This document shows, piece after piece, positions 28,401 to 37,400 of a DNA stretch of 64,000 bases; position 1 is the first letter of the stretch; the number at the start of each line of letters is the position of its first letter. Source of the stretch: a virus (taxonomy: Duplodnaviria > Caudoviricetes); IMG/VR virus record IMGVR_UViG_3300013308_000020, positions 28,207-92,206 of that record; one strand, written 5' to 3'. The position numbers were made by a program, and so were the translations under genes. The notes under the pieces were generated by a model. That model ran no database searches and was not told the origin of the DNA. It worked only from the letters and a program-made list of their open reading frames with translations.

Positions 28401-31400
28401 TAGGAAGATATGGAGTTCTTCTCATAATGAAAAGAGCATCTATATCATAGTCACTACCATGAAGAATAGTAAGTTCTCTAGGAGCAATTACAACGTTAGT
28501 TCCTTTACCATCATAGAATCCTACAATCTTAATAGGTAAAGCGGAGTGTAATTCAGTAGAAGGAATACGGAAAGCTAATGCACTTTCAAATAGAATATCT
28601 CCCATTTGAAATTGGTCTTTATAGATATTATCCATAAGTACCTCTGCATACTGAACTTTCTTACCATCAACAGTTGTTTCTGTTCTGATTTTAAGTCTAC
28701 GGCTTGATTTCTCTTTACCGCTTTCATCTATATACTTAATACCAAAGTCAGCTTGTAATGGTAATTTAGTACCATCATACTTAACTTGAACTGTAGCTTT
28801 AGATACAGTAGAAGCAATCTGAGTTACAACTTTATTAACTACAGTAGGAAAGTTAAGAGATAGTAAATAGTTACCATCTTTATCTTTAGCACTCATGAAG
28901 TCATAAAGTCTTGCATCAGTAGCACCTAAAGAATCAAGGAAGAACTTTCTAAGTTTAGAAGCATTACCATTACCTCCACCTAGTTTCTGATTCATTCTAT
29001 TTAAACCTCTTCTAATTAACTTAGCATTCAGTTTAAACAATTCATTAGCAGCTTTACTATTTTTACCGTCAATATCAACAAAATAGGTAATCTGAGTAGG
29101 GTGAGCAGTTTCTCCTTCAAGAGTATGTACTGGATTTAACTGAATTCTCCAATTACTATTATCCAATTCAACTATAGAACGAGGGTCAATACCTTTTTGC
29201 TTTTTACCTTGAGCATCAGTATAAACATTTTCTTCGTTAATACCATGTCCAGTAAGGTTTTCAGGAGCACCAATTTTAAAAGCAGATATGAATACATATT
29301 CATCTACTTTTTTATCATACATTTCTTGACGTAATCTAACTAATTCAGGGAAACGTTCAGAACCATCTTTATTATAAAGAAGTGCATCTGATAGTTCAAT
29401 AGTACTATATTTCATACCTTGTGGTACACCTAATTTATTTAAAGCCCAGTATACTGGTTTCATAATAGCACCTAAAGCCATTTCTTTACCGAAACCTTTT
29501 CTAATGTCAAGACCTCTTTCAGGAGTATGATAACCTTGAGCATCAGCAGCTTCACCTGTTTTACCATAGAAAGCTTGATGTTTTTTGAACTGTTTCTCAG
29601 TAATACCGAACATTATTTTCTTGGCAACAGCAACGGTAAACTTCTCTTTCATGAAGCCTTCATTGTTAACCATTCCACTATAACCCATCGCAAATGCAAT
29701 AGACATACGTTTAATTTGGTCAGCAGGATTTTTATAGAACGCTTGGTCTCCCATTACCAATTGGTTCAGGAAGTGTCCGTTCATATAATTGTTCTTCATC
29801 CATAAGTCCATTAAAGGTAGCAATTGTTCTTTAGTCAATTGATACTCTTTATTCTTTATAGACTGTAAACTTTCAGGTAAAGTATGTTCTTCTAATAATG
29901 CTTTACCATCAGCAGTTTTGTATTTATCATCTATATGAGCAAGAAGTTTATTTTGAGTTTTATGAACATCATAATCTAATACAAACTTAGCATCAATTAG
30001 TTTATCTACTAATCTCTCACTTTTCTTCTCAATAGCTGCAAATACTTTATCTATTTTAGTTTCTAGTAACTTATTGAATTGAGATTCCTTACCTGAAATA
30101 TCCATTGCTTCATATTCCTGAAGGTCTCTTAATTCAGTTATATCAGCTTCAGTTAAACCTGCAAGATAAGACTTATTATAGTTCTTACCATAATTCTGAG
30201 CATCTTGATAAGGTCTCTCAACTTCTTGCATTACTGCTTGATAGATTACGTCCTTAATCTCACTAGACTTTTTAAGGTTTAATTCAGCACTATAAGGGGC
30301 AGGTTTATTTGATATAGTATAAAACTGTTGAATATATCTAAAACCTTTAGATGCTTTAGCATTACCAATTAAAGAAAGAAAAGTATAATTAATATTACGA
30401 TGTAACCATTGCTCAGAAGTCTCATTTTTATATGGAGTAGGTTTGTATTTATTATCCTTTTCCTTTATAGAATCATGGTCTACAAAACTATGAATCTTAT
30501 TATGAGCAGCTTTCTCACGTTTAGTTTTACCGTTACCCATAAGAATGTTTCTACGGAATACAGCAGATTCCATAAAATCCGGTCTATTTTCTACAAAACC
30601 TTTAGTAAGATGAATAAGAGTATCAACACCAAAAGAACTATTTGTCCATTCATAACGTTTCTTACCATCACCTGATATATAAGATACTGGACGTAAATCC
30701 TCACTATCTTTAACAAGTAAATCTGTAAGATTCTCTATACGTTGATTAGAGTCTTTTAAGAATTGATCCCAAGTAAACGTAACCTTTTTCTCAACACCTT
30801 CATTACCATCATCATCAATATCAGTTTTTGTTTCTTCTTTACCTACAGCTTCGACTTGTTGAAATAAGTTTTTAAGAGAAGCATGAATATTAAATTCTTC
30901 ACCTTTAACAATAGTAGGTTTAGGTAAACCTAGATAATGTATTAAGTCCTCAATATTCTTTGTTGTAGCTTCAGTACTATCATCTGCTGTTTCTAAGAAA
31001 CGTTGCTTTAAAGCATCAGGAATAGTTGGTCCTTTAGTCATAAAAGCAGTTTCTACAGCAGCACGCATATTTTGTTTAGCACCTTGTTCACGTACAGAAA
31101 CATAACGATAACTAACACCATAGAATTCTCTTTTTTTCTGACTATCCCATTGGCTAGTAGCTCTAACAGCTATCATCACATTCTTTTTACGTTGTGAACC
31201 AATAGATTGACGTATTTGAGTTAGAACTTCTTTTGCTACTGCACGTTTATATTGAAGATTAAGTCTTTCATTATTAACTACATAACCTTCTTTTTCTAAT
31301 GCAGCTGCAATAGATTTCATGAAAGCAACAGAAGTCATTTTACCTCTTGATACAGATGAAGTTTTATCCATTGCATTCTTAAAGATAAATACATCATCAT

Positions 31401-34400
31401 TTTGGAAATCATAACCTATCTTATCAAAAGTAGGTAAAGGTTTACCATTAGCATCACTATTATCATTAGCTGTAGTTATTAAGTCTACAACTTTATCATA
31501 GATAGCAGCAACTTTACGATTAGATGTTTTAGTAGGACCAAAGTTAAGACCTATTTGTTCTATCATTTTACCTAAGTCTTTGGTAGTTACACCAACAAAA
31601 CCTTCAAGTAATTTGATATAGCCCATACGAGGGTTAACTATATTACCTCCTTCATCTACAATAGTAGCTAAGAAATCTTTAACTCCGCGTTTAACAGCAG
31701 ATTCGTTATCTATTCTATCTGATTCAATAATATCTTCGTAAATACTACCATCAGTTTGAGCATCTTCTATTTCTTGTGCTATTTCTTCATCAGTCTCAGC
31801 AAGATTTTCAGTAAACTCTTTATTACCTAAGTATAAAGTAGGATAGATTTCTCTTAATAAATCTTTAGATTTACGAGGGTCATTAAGAATAGTATAAAGT
31901 TCTTTACTAAAAATATCATCTTCGTCAGGTTGCTCTCCTTCTTCTACAGTTTCAGCTATTGATTCAGTATAAAGGTCTAAATAATATTTAAATTCCTCAC
32001 GTAAATCATTAATAGCTTCTTCAAAAGGCATAGGAGTAGCTTCTTTCATATTAGAGCCGTCCTTATTAAGATTTACTTTCTTTAAAGCTCCTTCTTCATC
32101 ATCCCATTCAGTAGCATTTAATCTATTAGACATACCGCTAGTAACTAAATCTCTAGCTTTTCTGTAATGGTCAGTAGTTAAATAATCTTCACGGATTTTA
32201 ACTAAATTTCTAGTTGCATCTTCTACTACTTCGCCTTCTTTATCAAGTAGACCTGCATCCATAGCATCAAATAGACTCTCAATATTATCGAAGTTAGCTT
32301 TATATAAACCTAACCAGTTTAATATTTTCTTGAATCCGTTTATTAATGCAAGAGATACAACACCTCTTTTAGTAGTCCAGTTCTGATATTGTTCTGCTAA
32401 CCATTCTTCAACACGTACAGGAGTAATATGTTCAAGTGCAGGATTAATACGTCTAGCAGTTTTAATTAATTTTTCTCTTTCTGCTTCAGTTAAATGGTTA
32501 TTAAAGATACGGTGAAAAGCTTCATGTCTAATTACTTTATGATATACACCTTCTGCACCTTCAAGAAGATAAATAATACCTTCTCTGAAATGACCCCAAG
32601 CAGCTCTACCATCAGTAAGTTTAAGCATTACTGCTTCTGATACAACTTTAACATCTTCCTTTCTAATAGAAGGGATAATCTTACGAACTAAATCATAAGG
32701 ATTTTTAACTAAATGTCCTAAAGAAGTACCACGTTCTTTAAGTAATTCTCTTTTATTTCCAAACTTTTGTTTATTCTTAGCTTTTGCAAGATCAGCTTTC
32801 TTTTTTGCTTTAATCTCTGCCGGAGTTAGAACATTCTCATTAACTATAGCTTCTTCTTCTTTAGCCTTTTCAGCTTTATAAGTTTCATCTATTGCAGAGA
32901 TTTCATTTTTAGTATAATCGTAATGGATACTACCTTTAGTATTATCAGTAATATAACGATTATCATCAATTATAGTATCTCCATACTTATGTGCCCTGTC
33001 CATCTTATTCTTATCTGATTGTCCAGTTAGAATTTGAGCTACAGGAATACCTAAAAGATCAGATAGATATTTAACTCTACCTTTACCTGAAGTTACTATA
33101 TGAATATCTCCTTTTTTGATAGAACCATCAGCTAATCTTTTAAGAAGTAGTTTACCTAATTCAGTAAGTTCTACTTTAGCTAACATGTTATCTACTTGCT
33201 CTTCATAGATACCTTTCTCGAAGAAGAAAGCTTGCTTCTTACTAGCAGAACTATGTTCAAAATCTAGTTTCTCAACAGCTTCAGAAGTCTTAATGATAGT
33301 ATCATCTACATCTATAAGTAATTTCTTACCTCTAGGTAGGAATTTATCAAGTTCTTCTTCTTTAACTTCAGCAGCAGATTTAGCTTTAGGTGCAGCAGGT
33401 TTAGGTGCAGCTTGAGTTTCAGCAGGTTTAGTTACCTCTCTTTCTTTTCTAGCTGACGGTCTCTCAATCGAGATTGCTGATGAAGCAACTTCTTCAAAAG
33501 TATCATTAATATAATCAGAAACATTAGCAAGACTAGTACCTTCTGATTCACTATTCTCTTGAAAGTGTTTAATATCTAAAGGAACATGAAGAAGTGAAGA
33601 TTTACCTTCTCCATCAAATTGCATTAACTCTTTTAACTGTTCTAAAGAGAAAGTTTCACCTTGTTCAATTAATAAACCTTTAGCAAAAGATTCAACAGTG
33701 AAACCAATACCGTTACGATTTGGAATCTTTTTGTAAACTCTAATAGGATATCCATTAGGATTAGCATTAGCTTTTGCAATAGCATTAAGAGCAATTTGAG
33801 CAGGTCCAGCTACACGTTTCTCTACAGCAACTCTTTCAAGATTTTCAATAGGAACAATCATAATTGTACCATCAGAAGCTTTCACTTGTGCAGATGTTAC
33901 TTTATTGTCCTTTTCAATAAGTTTAACTACTCTTGCATTACCATCAAACATTTTATTGTCTGATGTATCTTTTACATGGTGATTTTGTTTAATGTCTTTA
34001 GAATCTTTGAAACGTTCTAATTCTTTACTATATACAAGGTCATGTAATTTATCTCTTGCATCTAAGAAATCATTAAAGTTTTCAGTAGTTACTTTAGGTA
34101 ATACACTACCTATTATTTTAAGTAAATATTCATCGTCAGCTTTAATGATTTCACTATATTGAGGAGTACCAAATTCTATACCCTCCATAAAATAATCCAT
34201 CTCTTCAATAGCAGCTATTAACTTCTTAATAGGTCTAGTATATTTAGAGTGTTTATTTTCATCAAGGAAAGCAGGAGTTAAACGGATAAACTGTTGCTTA
34301 CTAAATTTAGCAGAACGAGTAAGATTATCAAGTACAAGATAAGGCACACCTGCTTGAGGAGTAAAAGGAATTTCCTTACCCTTATCTTTATAACTTTGAA

Positions 34401-37400
34401 CTAATTCCCCAACTCCGTTTGTAGTATAAATACGAACTTTACTATTTTCACTTATTTTATTAATATCTGGATTTTCTCCATTAGTAAAGAAACCTTTAAC
34501 AAATCTACTAATAGTATTGAGAACATCATAAGGTTTAGGTGCACCATATTTATAAGCAAGTTTTTGAGTATGAGCAATCCTACCTGAAGTAATAGGATTT
34601 AATACTGAAACTTTAAGTATACCTTTACTCTTATCTTCTGTAGTAAATGCACTTGAAGGATAAGTATCTCCTAAATCATCATTAAGAGCATCTTGTAATA
34701 AGATATATAGTTCATCTTGGTCTTTAACTCCTTTTGCAAGTTCCTTCTTAGATACTATACCTACTTCATGATATCTTCCTCTTTGACCTTCAATAGGAGC
34801 TAAGATAGCAATGTAATATTCACCACTAGAAGTTTTAGCTTTTACATAATGAACTTCATCTCCAGGTTTAACTCCAGGACCATAACTACCATCTTTGTTT
34901 TTTCTTGCTACGGATGCACCTGTAGGATAGCCAATAGTATAAATATCTGTTCCTTGAGTAACTCCTAGAGGAGCAGCAGTTACTTGACCATTACCCTCTT
35001 TCTCATTCATACCATCCTGATTATCAGGATTGTATTCAACTTCTACGTGATCTTCTTCTGATTTAAAATCGTCTTGAACTGCTTGTTCATCTTCAAGTGG
35101 TTCATCTATAGCAGGATCGGCAGTAGTAGCATTTTGTGCATGATATATACTAATAATATCATTTATCTCTTTGGATTTACTTCCAAAGATAGCTTGCTCT
35201 CTATCAGTTAATTTCTCATTATTGATAATCTTATCAGCAATACGATTTAATATTTCTTGAGAAACATTATCATTATCTACAAATTCTGCATAATCGGCAT
35301 CTGATATATCATCTGCAACAGTAGTAGCTTTCTCAGTATCAGGAGTTTTAGCTTCTTTAGGAGGTAAAAGATTATCCATTTTAATCAATTCTGCTTTGCG
35401 CTGTGCAATAAATTTAGCAGAACGGTCTTTATTTTGTTTCTCTTTTTCTTCCTTATTACTCTCAATAGTATCAGATAACTGATTATCTACATTGAAACCA
35501 CCAATATAAATGTAATCTGTTGCTCTAGAAGTAGCAGTATACATTGCTGTATTATACTCTTGTACACTTCTATACTCATTGGTAAAAGGGATATTAGTAT
35601 ATACCTCATTAATAGTTCTACCTTGAGCATCAGTATCAGTCATTACCTGAACATTGTCGATACCTGCTGCTTTCAACATAGCTTCATACTTAGCTACATC
35701 AGCATCATTACCAACAATAATAGCACGAGTACGACTTCTATCATCCTTACGGGCTAATAGAGTAGCCATTACATCTTTATCAAAATCTCTAAGACTTCCG
35801 TTCACTCCCAATAATGGAATGGAGCTAGAAAGAGTAGAGGGATTCAGTGTATTAGCTTTAGTACTAATCGTACTCTTAGTTAAGTCTTGATCTTGGTCTA
35901 TAAATAAATCCTGAACATCTACAATAGCTGCAATATCAGAACGGAATCTAATAGTTAATGGACTAATAGATGTCATGTTTTCTGAACCTACTAATTCAGT
36001 AGGACTCTCAAGCATAGACTTAACTTTATTAGCAACCTTTTGATTCGGGTCTCCCATAAAAAGAAGTTTTACTTTCTCTTTGCGACCTTTATTCAAAGTT
36101 TGTAATGCAGTACTAATTGCTCTAAGATTTGCACTAGTAACACCAGGAGCTTCATCAAGTATAATAAACTTGATGTTAGAATCCATAGTAGGTAAATCAG
36201 CAATAAGTTTATCTACTGAATTAATAGCACTCTTGTTTAAGCTGGAACTAAGAGTTTCAGCTGAATGTACATTATGACCTGCTAAATAATACTGATTGGT
36301 TTTAAGACCTAACATCTTAATAACCCAACGTATAGTTACATTAGTTTTACCAGTACCTGCAAATCCTTTAATATACGCAATATCTTCAAATAACTTACCG
36401 CTAGTTTTACCTTGTACAAATCTAACAATTTGACGCATTGCTACCCATTGCTGATTAGAAGGAGTAGGAGTCTTTCTATTCTTATCAGCAGCTAATTCTT
36501 CTTCGTGCTTTTGTTCAGCTACAGTTTCAGTATGTAAATCAAAATTAGAATCAAGAGAAGCTTCTAAATCAAATAGCGAAGCATATTGCTCATGAAGTTT
36601 AACTACAGCTAATATCTCTTCTTTAGTTACAGAACTAGTACTTCTATCTTCATTATTAAGGTCGTTAATAAATTCAGCTACATCTCCTTCTTTAAAGAAT
36701 TTGTATATAGAACTAGTTTTTTGATTATCATAAGCATCAGGACCAAGACCATCTTTAATACCATTAATAAGGTCTTTGACCATTCTAAATGGACTAAGCT
36801 GATACATATTAAATACCTTACCTCTCTTAGCAAAAGCTTTTTGTATATTAGGTAAGGCAAGCATTTTTCTCATTACAGCTTTCTTAGAATCAGCTATAGC
36901 TTCATCTATACGAGTACGATCTGTAACGTTATCCTTTAAAGTTTGAATAAGGATATTAGCATGAACAAGAGTAAGTTTGCCTTTGGCATCAGCCATTACT
37001 CTATTATAATCGGCATCACCGATAATAGATTTAGAAATTGCATTTAACTCTTCTTTGCCTTCAACAACAGTTCCATCAGGATTTAATCCTAATTGATTAA
37101 GAGCAAGAACTGCTTCATTATCAACAATCCGATTGTCTCTAGCATCTCTATCTTCTAAACGTTTTGTTACTTCTGTTTCTATATTTTCAAGAGTCTCTAT
37201 GTGTTTATCCATAGTATCTTCAAAATCTTGAAATGCTTCTGAAGCTTTCATCTCAGGAGCAACTCTATCTTCATAGATTTTCTTGAGATGTTTAGCTCTC
37301 TTTACTTCTCTCTTTACAGAAGCAATATCATTATAATGAGGATTCTTATTAAACTTATCTTGGATATACTCAGAACCTTTTAAGAAAGTATTTTTGATTC

